Source of the DNA: an uncultured Gemmatimonadales bacterium
Lineage (GTDB): Bacteria > Gemmatimonadota > Gemmatimonadetes > Longimicrobiales > RSA9
Direction: 5' to 3'
Length of the DNA: 64,000 nucleotides
Assembly: GCA_963741945.1 (NCBI GenBank)
Contig: CAVUKA010000001.1
Span: forward strand, 608,001-672,000
A program made the position numbers and the translations under genes. A model generated the notes under the pieces. That model was not told the origin of the DNA and did not search any database. It was given only the letters and a program-made list of their open reading frames with translations. Shown here piece by piece: positions 12,101-21,273 of the stretch (positions within the stretch are counted from its first letter, which is position 1; every line of letters begins with the position of its first letter).

Positions 12101-12175
12101 GACGGCGCGGCCGCCGCCGGCCCTCCGCCCGGGCCCGCCGTGGTCACCCGACCGCCCGCTCACGCGCCGGCCCAC
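9140..12175 (-). CDS. lptD: Putative LPS-assembly outer-membrane protein LptD
   Basis: FTSCDLPDPHY, RRSGLLMP, NLGFYWAINDY and C-terminal LTRDLHRW motifs; start uncertain. Confidence 0.8.
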   Translation of the reverse strand: MGRRVSGRSGDHGGPGRRAGGGRAVLTGLLLGAVVALVTPSSLLAQEPGAGEPAAQRPDTAATDTVLTVRERALARLRAIPASPIQPPDTMGADTLGADTVPVVPASAVGEAVDSVGGDTVVVFPTEPEPVNGVVPADSVLAALAALNGYVTTEYSGESAVFQADSNRLRLKGKSKVAREGNSLSTDSLLVYAGNTGIVCGYGQPVLQGEGEAEPVESRQVCYDINRSVGMASGATTKFEQGATWYVRGAQNRVYVLTGGKEKKLYGEKAQFTSCDLPDPHYSFQARSLKMVQDQVMVARSVTLKFEDVPVFWLPWMVQSMKRDRRSGLLMPQFGVNDIVRNGQGYNRRISNLGFYWAINDYMSAQTTFDWFANNYTALTGGLSYRVLRQFLDGSVQAKEFWRQGETGGGGREFTLHTNNSWQPDERTNVTVAGDYASSTQFVRQNSFDPTELNRQIRFNAGVRRNFSWGSSSFGYQNTKDLNTEKQTTTLPSFSVSVNPKTLYSNSDGTLSLSWNGSASANRQLVNVSEATLPGATIRDQETVTAQASQSFSFGNLSLQQSMNYQDAALGMKPPVFTETDTLGNPADTLPAFSSQRLQWQTSLGYQQKLWTGTQITPSLAISGEQVRDTLTAGGYVSRPLQLSTGATLRTDLYGFWPGFAGFSRIRHKVSPSLSWQYRPAPSSSPLQDSVFGLVSLREANTLTLAFNQTFEAKIAGSDTLAADTAVVDSTGAPGEPRRLPTAQKVMLLALNTTGPFTYDFVAAREGRHAFTTDQISNSLHSDLLKNLTVSFTHDLFEDGPTPEGGGEPARKFSPFMTAMNASFSIDNTFWLFKLLGLSGGSAAAAAARPDTTAQGAVGAEEVPSGAEDLGSGSGAIMPGGAQRGTGAFPGGAVGTWRAQLNYSLTRARPDALGVGRESRMLQGNVSFKPTEHWSVSWRTSYSFTEHAFADHILTLTRDLHRWRANFDFTKAQNGNFAMTFRVQLIDNPDLKVDYNQHTDITQQTQQPRNR

Positions 12176-12936
12176 GTCTCCTCCTCGTCCTCTTCACGCT
12201 CCGCCTCCTCGCGCGCCCGCCGCTTCGCGCGGCGGCGCTCCACCATCCGGGCCATGATGATGCCCAGCTCGTAGAGGAGGATGAGCGGGATCATCATGAA
12301 CAGTGTGAGGACGATGACGTCGCCCGGAGTGACCACGCTCGCCACCACCGTGATGAGGACGATGGCCCATCGCCGCCCCCGCCGGAGCATGCTCGAGTGG
12401 ACCAGCCCCAGCACCGACAGCACGAGGATCACCACCGGCAGCTCGAACACCGCGCCGAACGCCATCACCGTGCGCACCACCACGTTCATGTACGGCCCGA
12501 TGGTGATGTTCTGCTCCAGGCTCTCCTGCTGGAACCCCGCGAAGAACTGGAACATGAGCGGAAGCGCCACGAAGTACGCCAGCGCCATCCCGCCCACGAA
12601 GAGGAAGAACCCCATGACGAACGCCGGGATCAGCGCGCGCTTCTCGTGCGGATGCAGCGCCGGGGCCAGGAAGATCCACAGCTGGTAGACCACGGCCGGC
12701 GACGCCAGCACCACGCCCACCGCCAGTGTGAGCTTGAGCGTGACCATGAACGGGTCCGCCGGCGACAGGTACGCCAGCTTCCCGTTGTTCAGCAGCGGCC
12801 GCATGGGCCGGATCAGCAGCCCCAGCACGTCCAGCCGCGTCACCAGGAACCACCCGGCCACCGTGCACACGGCAATGGCAATCAGGCTCCAGAGGATCCG
12901 CCAGCGCAGCTCCTCCAGGTGCTCCAGGAACGGCAT
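12160..12936 (-). CDS. tatC: Twin-arginine translocase TatC
   Basis: EMPFLEHLEELRWR, YQLWIFLAPAL, FELPV, TPGD and LYELG motifs. Confidence 0.95.
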   Translation of the reverse strand: MPFLEHLEELRWRILWSLIAIAVCTVAGWFLVTRLDVLGLLIRPMRPLLNNGKLAYLSPADPFMVTLKLTLAVGVVLASPAVVYQLWIFLAPALHPHEKRALIPAFVMGFFLFVGGMALAYFVALPLMFQFFAGFQQESLEQNITIGPYMNVVVRTVMAFGAVFELPVVILVLSVLGLVHSSMLRRGRRWAIVLITVVASVVTPGDVIVLTLFMMIPLILLYELGIIMARMVERRRAKRRAREEAEREEDEEETWAGA

Positions 12937-12983
12937 CTCGTCCGAGACGCCGGGCCGCTGAACGAACCGGAAATGCGCGTCAC

Positions 12984-13475
12984 TCAGAGCGGCAGCTCCT
13001 CCTGCGTCTTCTGACGCTCCAGCCGCGCCCGCGACTCGTTCAGGTCCTCCAGCTCCTCCACGAACTCGTCGATGTCCTGGAAGTTGCGGTAGACCGAGGC
13101 GAAGCGTACGTACGCGACGTAGTCCTCCTCCCGCAGCTGCGCCATCACCATCTCCCCGAGCTCCCCGCTCTCCACCTGGTCCCGACCACCCAGCTCGTCC
13201 TCGATGGCGTCCACCATCTCCGCCACCTTCGCCTCCGTCACCGGCCGCTTCACGCACGGCAGCCGGATCGAGCGCAGCAGCTTCTCCCGGTCGAAGCCTT
13301 CCACCGTTCCATCCTGCTTGATCACCTGCACCGCCCGCTCCTCCACCACCTCGTACGTGGTGAAGCGTCGGCCGCACCCCAGGCACTCACGACGACGACG
13401 GATGGCACGACCCTCCCGGCTCGTTCGGGAGTCGACCACCCGGTCCTCCGTCTCGTGGCAGTATGGGCACCGCAT
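12984..13475 (-). CDS. nrdR: Transcriptional repressor NrdR
   Basis: MRCPYC..DSR..IRRRRECLGCGRRFTTYE zinc ribbon, ATP cone and VAYVRFASVY. Confidence 0.97.
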   Translation of the reverse strand: MRCPYCHETEDRVVDSRTSREGRAIRRRRECLGCGRRFTTYEVVEERAVQVIKQDGTVEGFDREKLLRSIRLPCVKRPVTEAKVAEMVDAIEDELGGRDQVESGELGEMVMAQLREEDYVAYVRFASVYRNFQDIDEFVEELEDLNESRARLERQKTQEELPL

Positions 13476-13604
13476 GACCACCGCTCGCTTCCTTGACGAC
13501 GACGCCCGGCGGGAGAGCGACTCCGCCGGGCGTCCTCGTTCTGGCTCATCCCGCTCCCGTGCTTTTTCCCCGCTTCCTACGCCCCGCCCCGCACCCCTGT
13601 TCCA

Positions 13605-13910
13605 TCACGCGAAGAACACCAACTTCATCTCACGCGAAGCCGCGAAGAACGCGGAGCGCCGCGGCGGGTGCGTCGGCGGAGCCGCCGCTGCCGGCCCCGC
13701 CCGTCTCCCGGCGACGCCCTTTGTCTCGCCCCCGCGGCCGCGCCGCCCCGGAACCTCCCTCGCCCGCCACCCCTGACCCGCCCCCCAAAACCCCGCAGTT
13801 CCTCCGCGATCTTCGCGTCTTCGCGTGACCCGCAGTTCCTTCGCGCCCTTCGCTACCTTCGACCTCTTCGTGTCACGCCGTTCCTTCGCGCCCTCCGCCC
13901 CCTTCGCTAC
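13605..13910. repeat. Intergenic 9-nt-periodic (CTTCG) repeat element with 27-bp inverted arms
   Basis: 13630-13656 and 13802-13828 are inverted repeats (25/27); the distal part is homologous to 33940-34030 and 51591-51630. Confidence 0.8.
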
Positions 13911-13911
13911 C

Positions 13912-14748
13912 TTACATCCTGCTGAGCGCGTCCTCCGCCAGTCTCCGCGAATCGGAGTTGGGGTACCCGGAGATCACCCGCTGGAAATACTGCCGCGCGC
14001 GCTCCGTGTTGCCCCGCTCCTGCGCGATCACGCCCGCGCGGTACAGCGCCCGCGGCGCCGCATCCGAGCTCTGGTAGCGCTCGACCACGCGCTCGAACGC
14101 CTTCTGCGCCTGGTCGTACTCCTTCTCCATCACGTACGTCTCCCCGATCTGCCGCTGCGCATCGGGCGCCACCGCATCGGACGGGAAGCTGTCCACCACC
14201 ATCTGGAACGCGTTTCGGGCCGTCTTCGCGTTCCCGCGGTCGATCTGCTCCAGTCCGATCTCGTAGAACTGCCGGGCCATGTCCGCGGGGGTCATCGCAC
14301 CGGCGCCCGGCTCACGCGTCCCGCCTCCGGCGCCTTCCGCGCCTTCGCCGCCGAGTCCCGCCTGCCCCACCTGGTTCACGGCGGACGTGAGCTGCTGGTC
14401 GAGCTGGTTGAGCCGGATCTGCACCTGGCTCGTGAGCTCGCCCACCTGTTCCAGCTGGCCGGTCAGCCCCTGAAGCTGGTTCCCCAGCTCACCCCGGACG
14501 TTCAGCAGCCGCTGCGTCGTCATCGTGAGCGAATCCAGGATCTCCCGGTTCTGCATCTGGAGCAGCCGGAAGATGGAATCGTTGCGCGCCTGCAGGCTGG
14601 CCATGTCCGTGCGGATGTCGCGCACGTCCCGCTTCGTGGCGCACCCCGTGGCCGCGGCGGCCAGCGCCAGCACCGGTGCGGCCCGGGCGAGGAGACGGAG
14701 GTGGGCGCGGACCCTGCCGCGCCCACCCACCGCACTGAAGGACTTCAT
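13912..14748 (-). CDS. cpoB: Tol-Pal system TPR lipoprotein CpoB/YbgF
   Basis: Lipobox-like AATGC, coiled coil and C-terminal TPRs (APRALYRAG, YPNS); downstream of pal and in frame with it in this sequence. Confidence 0.85.
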   Translation of the reverse strand: MKSFSAVGGRGRVRAHLRLLARAAPVLALAAAATGCATKRDVRDIRTDMASLQARNDSIFRLLQMQNREILDSLTMTTQRLLNVRGELGNQLQGLTGQLEQVGELTSQVQIRLNQLDQQLTSAVNQVGQAGLGGEGAEGAGGGTREPGAGAMTPADMARQFYEIGLEQIDRGNAKTARNAFQMVVDSFPSDAVAPDAQRQIGETYVMEKEYDQAQKAFERVVERYQSSDAAPRALYRAGVIAQERGNTERARQYFQRVISGYPNSDSRRLAEDALSRM

Positions 14749-14753
14749 GCTCG

Positions 14754-15363
14754 TCACGTACCCGGAGCGCTCATTCTGGTCGCCGCCAGCAATGATCGTG
14801 AACTCGTCACGCCGGTTCTGCGCCCACGCCTGTTCGTTGGACCCGTTCGCCACCGGCCGGTCCTCGCCGAAGCTCGCTGTCTCAAGCCGGCTCGCATCGA
14901 TCCCGTAGCCCACCAGGAAGTCCTTGGCCGCTTCCGCGCGACGCTGCCCCAGTGCCAGGTTGTACTCGATCGACCCGCGCTCGTCCGTGTGCCCCGCGAT
15001 CCGCAGCCGCACGTCCGGGTTCGCGCGCAGCACTGCCAGCTTCTGCATCAGCGTCTGCTCCGCGTCCGAGCGGATCGTCGACTTGTCGTAGTCGAAATGG
15101 ATCGGCTGCTGCAGGATGTCGCGCGCGGCCGCGGTCGCCCGCTCCATACGCGCCCGCTCCGCCGCCGCGGCCTCCTCGGCTGCCCGACGCGCCGCCTCGA
15201 TGCTGTCGGCTCTCGCCTGCGCGCGCTGCGCAGCCGCAATGCTGTCCTGCCGCGCGATCTCCTCCGGCGTCGGCCCCTCCGGTCCCTTCTTCGAACAGCC
15301 CGTCGCCACCCCGCCCAGCACCAGCGCGGACAGCGTAACCGCAATCGTAAGACGGTGCCTCAT
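14754..15363 (-). CDS. pal: Peptidoglycan-associated lipoprotein Pal (one extra base near 14775 makes it read through into cpoB)
   Basis: Lipobox ATGC, IHFDYDKS, GHTDERGSIEYNLALGQRRA, SFGEDRP and AQNRRDEF; an out-of-frame TGA lies at 14754-14756. Confidence 0.9.
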
Positions 15364-15416
15364 CGCATGCCTCTCCTCTCGGGTTCCACCCGGGTGTGTT
15401 GTCGGTCCATCCGCGC

Positions 15417-16820
15417 TCATTGCCCGGCCGTGAGCGCGGAAGCTTGCCGCAGTACCGGAGACCATGACGGCATCCGATACCGTCCTCCCGTCACCAGGGG
15501 CCGGATCCGCCCCGTGGTAAGATCGATAACATACAAGCCCATGCCGTCTTCGCGCACCCCGCTGAAGACGATGTGCCGCCCGTCCGGCGCCCAGCTCGGA
15601 TCCTCGCTCCTGCCTTCGCTCGTGATCTGCTGCACCGGTCCGCCCGGGCGCCGCGCGTCCGCCACCATGACCTGGTTCACCCCGCCCCGGGAGCGACCCT
15701 GGAAGACCAGCTGTGAGTTCTTCGGCGACCATTCGGCCGAGGTGTAGAAGCCCGGCCCGCCACGCTCGAACGGCGTGATCAGCACGGCATCGCCGCCGTC
15801 CGCGGGCATGGTGAAGATGTGCGGGGCGCCGAGGCGGTCGCTCTGGAAGACCATCTGCCGCCCGTCCGGCGAGTACGACGGGTGCATGTCGATGCTCGAG
15901 CGCCGGCTCAGCCGCCGCAGGCAGCAGTTGCGCTGGAGGTCGTAGTCCTGGATCTCCATGCCACGGTCCAGCCAGAGCGCCATGGCCAGGTGCGTCCCGT
16001 CCGGCGAGTACGACGGCGTCTGCGCCAGGTTGCCTCGCTCCGTGATGGTGCGCGTGGCCCCGGTCGTCAGGTTCCGCTCCACGATCCGGTAGCGCCCCGT
16101 GTAGTCGCCCGCGCTGTACGCCAGTCGGCTCCCGTCCGGCGACCAGGCGGGGGAGTACAGCATGGACGCGGACTGCAGCCGCTGCACGTTCTCGCCGTCC
16201 GAGTCCACCAGCAGCAGCTCATAGGTCTGGTCGCGCAGCTGGTAGGTGAGGGCGATGCGGCTCGCCGCCATCCCCGCCTCGCCCGTGGCCCAGCGCACCA
16301 CCTCGTCGCTCACCGCGTGCACCGCCATGCGGAAGCCCGGGTCATCCACGGGCGGGAGCTGGAAGAGCCGGAGCTCCTTCACGGCGCCGTAGACGACGTC
16401 GTGCAGTGCCAGCCGCAGCCCCCAGACACCCCCCTCGCCCCGCTCGATCGACCCGGTCACCAGGTACACCACGTTGAGCGAGTTCCACGCACCGTAGTTC
16501 CCCGGGTTCTCCTGCAGCCGCTCCGGGATCGTGAACATCATCTGGAAGCGATCCGAGTAGTCCAGGTCCCGCTCCACGATCCGGTGCACGTCCTCCGCGA
16601 CCGCGACCGCGTCCGCCCCGGTGAACGCCGGCACCGCGAGCCTGGGACGGTAGCGCGTTTCGTAGGTCAGCTTCAGCTGGACCCCTTTCGGCATGGCCGT
16701 GTCCGGCCGCTGCCCCCGCGCGCCCACCGGCGCCATCGCGAGCGCCAGCAGGCCCACCGTCAGTCCCACCAGCCCCGCCCGTTCCCAGCCCCACCGCGCG
16801 GCCGACCTGTATCGCTCCAT
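15417..16820 (-). CDS. tolB: Tol-Pal system beta-propeller protein TolB
   Basis: DLDYSDRF N domain, AVHAVSDEVV and repeated SP.WSPDG (PD40) motifs; operon context. Confidence 0.9.
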   Translation of the reverse strand: MERYRSAARWGWERAGLVGLTVGLLALAMAPVGARGQRPDTAMPKGVQLKLTYETRYRPRLAVPAFTGADAVAVAEDVHRIVERDLDYSDRFQMMFTIPERLQENPGNYGAWNSLNVVYLVTGSIERGEGGVWGLRLALHDVVYGAVKELRLFQLPPVDDPGFRMAVHAVSDEVVRWATGEAGMAASRIALTYQLRDQTYELLLVDSDGENVQRLQSASMLYSPAWSPDGSRLAYSAGDYTGRYRIVERNLTTGATRTITERGNLAQTPSYSPDGTHLAMALWLDRGMEIQDYDLQRNCCLRRLSRRSSIDMHPSYSPDGRQMVFQSDRLGAPHIFTMPADGGDAVLITPFERGGPGFYTSAEWSPKNSQLVFQGRSRGGVNQVMVADARRPGGPVQQITSEGRSEDPSWAPDGRHIVFSGVREDGMGLYVIDLTTGRIRPLVTGGRYRMPSWSPVLRQASALTAGQ

Positions 16821-16861
16821 CGATCCCCTGTTCGTGTCCGTGACTCTCAAGTGTCCGGGCT

Positions 16862-17557
16862 TCAGCGAGCCGGCGCGACTTCCAGCTGGATCGGCAGCAC
16901 GTCCGCCGCATACCCGTCCGGGAGCGGACCGAACGCCTTCCGGTTCGCCGCCGCCTCGATGGCCCCCATGACCCGGAAATCGAATACCGGGTTCCCCGAC
17001 CGCCGCAGCGGCCGGACGTTCCGCACCGAGCCATCGGACGTGATCTCGAAGTAGATCAGCATCTGCGGTTCGGTCGCGTCGTTCCACCGCAGGTAGCGGT
17101 GGATCTGGATGATCACATTCTCCAGGTAGTCCGGGAAGGGGAAGTCCTTCCCCTCCGTCGCGATGTTGATCCCGTCGCCGCCGGTCTCCGCCTTCTCCTC
17201 CGGCTCCGGCTTCGGCTTCGGCGCCTCCGGCCGCTTCTCCGTCTCCGGCTCCGGCTTCGGCTTCGGTTTTGGCTCCGGCTTCGGCTCCGGTGGCTTCTTC
17301 GCCGGCTCTTCCACCGCTTTCTCCACCGGCTTCGGCTTCACTTCCGGCGGTGCTTCCTCCACCGCCGGCTGCGGGTCGGTCTCCACCAGCGCGGGCGCCT
17401 GCGCGGCCGCGGGCGGCGCAGCCACCAGGTGGATCTTCACCGTCTCGAACTCGATCGGCTCGGGCAGGTGCGTGGCGACGAGCACCGGCACCAGAACTGC
17501 CACGTGCAGCAGCACCGAAATCCCCACCGGCTTCGCACCCGGGCGACGATCGCTCAC
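16862..17557 (-). CDS. TolA/TonB-like energy transducer
   Basis: TM segment SVLLH, PE/PK-rich linker and TonB-C-like domain (FEITSDGSV..RRSGNPVFD). Confidence 0.85.
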   Translation of the reverse strand: MSDRRPGAKPVGISVLLHVAVLVPVLVATHLPEPIEFETVKIHLVAAPPAAAQAPALVETDPQPAVEEAPPEVKPKPVEKAVEEPAKKPPEPKPEPKPKPKPEPETEKRPEAPKPKPEPEEKAETGGDGINIATEGKDFPFPDYLENVIIQIHRYLRWNDATEPQMLIYFEITSDGSVRNVRPLRRSGNPVFDFRVMGAIEAAANRKAFGPLPDGYAADVLPIQLEVAPAR

Positions 17558-17576
17558 CGCACCCGTCCCGCCATGG

Positions 17577-18011
17577 TCACTCCCGTCCGCGCCGCTCCCG
17601 CGGCGGGCTCTCCAGCACCAGGTTCACTTCCGCCACATCCAGCTGCTGGAGCAGCGTGAACAGCTCCATCACCGAGCCGTACGCCACGCTCCGGTCTGCC
17701 CGCACGAACACCGGCTCCCCCGCGTTGTCCTGCATGTACTGCGGAAAGAACTGCAGGAACTCCTCCCGCGACGACATCGGCGCGTCGTCCAGGTAGATCG
17801 TCCCGTCCGCCGCCATGCTCACGATCACGCCCTCGCTCTGCGTGATCGGCCCCGCCTCCGCCCGCGGCAGCTCCAGCTCCACGCCGCCCTGGAGGATCGG
17901 CGCCGTGATGATGAAGATCACCAGCAGCGTGAACGCCACGTCCACCAGGCTCGTGACGTTGATGTCCGCCGTGAGCGGCAGCGCGTTGCGGCCATTCGAC
18001 TTCTTCCACAT
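17577..18011 (-). CDS. tolR: ExbD/TolR family protein
   Basis: INVTSLVDVAFTLLVIFIITAP and VFVRADRSVAYG motifs. Confidence 0.9.
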   Translation of the reverse strand: MWKKSNGRNALPLTADINVTSLVDVAFTLLVIFIITAPILQGGVELELPRAEAGPITQSEGVIVSMAADGTIYLDDAPMSSREEFLQFFPQYMQDNAGEPVFVRADRSVAYGSVMELFTLLQQLDVAEVNLVLESPPRERRGRE

Positions 18012-18075
18012 CAGGGCACATCTCCGGCGCGCCTGGCGCGTCGCTGCGAGACCGCGTGGCGGCCGGACACTGCCG

Positions 18076-18789
18076 TCACAGCAATCGCTCCTTCGCCAGC
18101 GTACCGATGAACTCCGAGGCGAACCCCTCGAGCTCCCCACCGAACGCGTTCAGCCGGCTGGCGAACAGGTTGTACCCGATCATGGCCGGGATGGCCACGG
18201 TCAGCCCGGCCACGGTCGTCACCAGCGCTTCCGCCACGCCCGGCGCCACGGCCCCAATGTTGGCGCTCCCGGCGGCGCTGATCCCCAGGAACGCGTTCAT
18301 CACCCCGATCACCGTGCCCAGGAGCCCCAGCAGCGGCGACACCGTCCCGACCACCGCCAGCCACGGCAGCCCGGCGCTCAGCGCCGCCCGCTCGTCCGCC
18401 TGGCTCTTCTCCAGCACCAGCCAGAGCGCCTGGAGCTGCGCCTCGCTCAGACCCTCGCTCTCCGTCGGCTCGGCCGACAGCGCCCCCGGTCGCAGCTCCT
18501 CGAAGAACGTCAGCCCGTGCTGGAACACGCTCGTGTACGGCGACTCCGGCAGCCGCGTCAGTGTCCGGTACGCATCGCGCAGGCGCCGCGTCTTCTCGAT
18601 CACCGCCAGAAACCGCACGCCCTGACGCCGCAGCTTCCGGAACTGCCCCCACTTCCACAGCATGATGGCCCAGCTGGCCAGGGAGAACACCGCCAGCACC
18701 GCCAGGATGATCTGCGTCGAGATCGTCCCGCCGAGGATCATCTCCATCGGCCCTTCCATCCCGGGCCTCGCCTGCGCGATCAGGTTCAC
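18076..18789 (-). CDS. tolQ: MotA/TolQ/ExbB proton channel protein
   Basis: SPLLGLLGTVIGVM and VAPGVAEALVTTVAGL..AIPA motifs; GTG start overlaps the upstream TGA. Confidence 0.92.
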   Translation of the reverse strand: MNLIAQARPGMEGPMEMILGGTISTQIILAVLAVFSLASWAIMLWKWGQFRKLRRQGVRFLAVIEKTRRLRDAYRTLTRLPESPYTSVFQHGLTFFEELRPGALSAEPTESEGLSEAQLQALWLVLEKSQADERAALSAGLPWLAVVGTVSPLLGLLGTVIGVMNAFLGISAAGSANIGAVAPGVAEALVTTVAGLTVAIPAMIGYNLFASRLNAFGGELEGFASEFIGTLAKERLL

Positions 18790-19739
18790 CGCCCCACCGT
18801 CTCCCGTTCGATGTATTCCAGCGTGCGACGCAGTCCGTCGCGCAGCTCCGTCCGCGGCTGCCACCCGGTCGCCCGCAGCTTCGACGCATTCAGCGACGAG
18901 TGCAGCAGCTCCCCCGGCCGCGCGGCCGCGTGCTCCACCGCCACTTCGCCGCCCGCCGCGGCCATCACTTCCGCCGCCAGCGCGTTCACCGATGTCTCGA
19001 CGCCGGTCCCCACGTTGTAGGCGCGCTCGTCGACGTTCGTTCCCGCCGGCCCGAGCGGCAGGCTGGCCGCCAGCAGGTTGGCCGCGACCACGTCGCCCAC
19101 GTACACGTAGTCGCGCGTCTGCTCACCGTCCCCGTAGACCGTGAGCGGGCGCCCGGCCAGGATGCGCTGACCGAAGATCGCCACCACGCCCGCCTCGCCG
19201 TGCGGGTCCTGGCGCGGACCGTAGACGTTGGAGTAGCGAAGCGCCACGTACTCCAGCCCGTGCACCCGGGCGTAGTAGTACAGGTAGTGCTCCCCGGCCA
19301 GCTTCGTAACGCCGTACGGCGACGCCGGCAGCTTCGGCGCGGCCTCCGGCGTGGGCCGCTCCTCCGGCTCCCCGTAGACCACGCCGCCCGAGCTGATGTA
19401 GACCACGCGGGCGTGGTGGCGCCGTGCGCCTTCCAGCACGTTCAGCAGCCCGTCGATGTTCGTGCGCGCGTCCCGGCGAGGATCCGCCACGCTCACCCGC
19501 ACGTCGATCTGCGCCGCGTGGTGGCTCACCACGTCGAACCGGACACGGTCGAACAGCTCGCCCACCCCGGAGTTCCCGATCCCCATGTGGTGGAACTCCG
19601 CGCCTGCCGGCAGGTTCGACTCCCGCCCGCTCGACAGGTCGTCGACGATCCAGACCCGGTCGCCTTCCGACAGGAACGCGTCCGCCACGTGGCTCCCGAT
19701 GAACCCCGCTCCGCCCGTCACCAGCACGTTACGCCCCAT
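18786..19739 (-). CDS. NAD-dependent epimerase/dehydratase (UDP-glucose 4-epimerase-like)
   Basis: VTGGAGFIGSH, SPYGVTK (YxxxK), NVYGPRQDPHGEAGVV and GDGEQTRDYVYV motifs. Confidence 0.93.
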   Translation of the reverse strand: MGRNVLVTGGAGFIGSHVADAFLSEGDRVWIVDDLSSGRESNLPAGAEFHHMGIGNSGVGELFDRVRFDVVSHHAAQIDVRVSVADPRRDARTNIDGLLNVLEGARRHHARVVYISSGGVVYGEPEERPTPEAAPKLPASPYGVTKLAGEHYLYYYARVHGLEYVALRYSNVYGPRQDPHGEAGVVAIFGQRILAGRPLTVYGDGEQTRDYVYVGDVVAANLLAASLPLGPAGTNVDERAYNVGTGVETSVNALAAEVMAAAGGEVAVEHAAARPGELLHSSLNASKLRATGWQPRTELRDGLRRTLEYIERETVGR

Positions 19740-19754
19740 CCAGCCCCTCCCGCA

Positions 19755-19832
19755 GATGTACGACGGCGGCCCGGCTCCGCTCTCCACGGGCACCGTGCCG
19801 CCTCTTCGGCCTCGGATGTACGACGGCGGCCC
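19755..19832. repeat. 18-bp direct repeat, 60-bp period
   Basis: GATGTACGACGGCGGCCC at 19755 and 19815. Confidence 0.8.
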
Positions 19833-19886
19833 ACCGCCTCCCGGCAGCGGCGGCCGCCGCGCAACCCGCTCGGGTCACTCAGTTCC

Positions 19887-21038
19887 TCATGGCATCTTCC
19901 GGACCCGACGGACCCGGATCCCGTCCTCCAGCTCCGGCACCAGCACCCGGTCCACTTTCACCGTGGCGGAGGCATCCGATACGTGCACCACCCGCAGCAC
20001 GCCCACCGTCTCCGCCGGCAGCTGCTCGCGGTCCTGGCCCCAGGCCGCCACTCCCCCCTCCCGCGAGGCGCGCTCGGGCAGGTACGCGATGAACTCGTCG
20101 CCCACCTGCACGCCGTCCCGGCCGCCCAGGTCGATGAAGCCCTGGTCCGTCGGACCGTAGAGCACCTGCCGGTCCACGAACCGCACCAGGCGACCCTCCA
20201 GGTCGCCGCCCCCCTCCACCGGCGCCGACGCCTCCGCCTGGAAGTCCGGGAACATCTCGAGAGGGATCACCAGCTGACCCCGCTCCACCGGCGCGAACTG
20301 GCCGTTCAGGCGCGCCTGCATCACTTCGTCATCCAGCTCCAGGACGTCCACCATGCCCGTCGGGATGATCGCTCGGCCGCCCAGGACCCGCTCGCCCACC
20401 GACACCACCAGCAGCCGGTCGCCCACGCGCGGGCGCGTCGACGATGCGTACGACACGAACAGCAGGTCCTTCGGGTGCGCGGTGGAGATGATCCCGCTCG
20501 CATCGCCCATCTGCCGCTGCGGCCGGACCACCTGGCCATAGGCGCCCAGCGCGGCCGGGTCCGCCACGAACGGCGCCGTCGCGAATTCCGCCGGCGTCAC
20601 CGGCAGCAGCGGCATCGTGGGATCGCTCAGCACCGTCGGCCGGGACGAGCCCGGCGACTGCGCGGACGCCTGGTAGAACACGCTGCGGAGCGGCCGCTCC
20701 CGTGGCAGCGCTTCCGGCCGCACCGCCGCCGCCGTGGCGTCGCGCGCCACGGCATGGAAAAGCCCCGGGATGATCAGCACTTCGCGTGGATAGATCCAGT
20801 GCGGGTCCTCCACCACTCCCGTGTTGGCCTTGTAGATGGTCGGCCACTGGAACGGGTCGTGGAAGTAGAACCCCGCGAGGTCCCAGAGGGTGTCCCCCCT
20901 CTTCACCACGTGGTCCACCGGCTCCTGCGCCTGCCACGTCTTCACTGTGTCCGGCTGTGCCGGCTCCCCCAACGGTTCCTGCGCCTGCAACGGGAGCGCG
21001 ACCAGCAGCCCGACGAGGCTCACGGTCACCAGTTTCAT
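19887..21038 (-). CDS. Secreted LysM peptidoglycan-binding protein
   Basis: Signal peptide and HVVKRGDTLWDLA...WPTIYKAN...DPHWIYP LysM motif; GGAAGAGGAGGG RBS. Confidence 0.88.
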   Translation of the reverse strand: MKLVTVSLVGLLVALPLQAQEPLGEPAQPDTVKTWQAQEPVDHVVKRGDTLWDLAGFYFHDPFQWPTIYKANTGVVEDPHWIYPREVLIIPGLFHAVARDATAAAVRPEALPRERPLRSVFYQASAQSPGSSRPTVLSDPTMPLLPVTPAEFATAPFVADPAALGAYGQVVRPQRQMGDASGIISTAHPKDLLFVSYASSTRPRVGDRLLVVSVGERVLGGRAIIPTGMVDVLELDDEVMQARLNGQFAPVERGQLVIPLEMFPDFQAEASAPVEGGGDLEGRLVRFVDRQVLYGPTDQGFIDLGGRDGVQVGDEFIAYLPERASREGGVAAWGQDREQLPAETVGVLRVVHVSDASATVKVDRVLVPELEDGIRVRRVRKMP

Positions 21039-21273
21039 GGTGGCCCTCCTTCCAGAGCGGGTCCTCTTCGCGTGCGGGCCGCGCGGATGCATCCCGGGAT
21101 TCGGTTTCGACCGGATCACCCCGGGCGGCAGCCGCTGCGGTAGGGAGAACACGGCAAAGCTAGGCGGCCGATGATGCGGTGTCAACGCGCACGACTGCGC
21201 ACGCCGTGGAGCGGATAACGCGTTGACACGGCGCCACCTCGACGCGCAGCGCCTCCATCCGCGCCCCGCGCTG

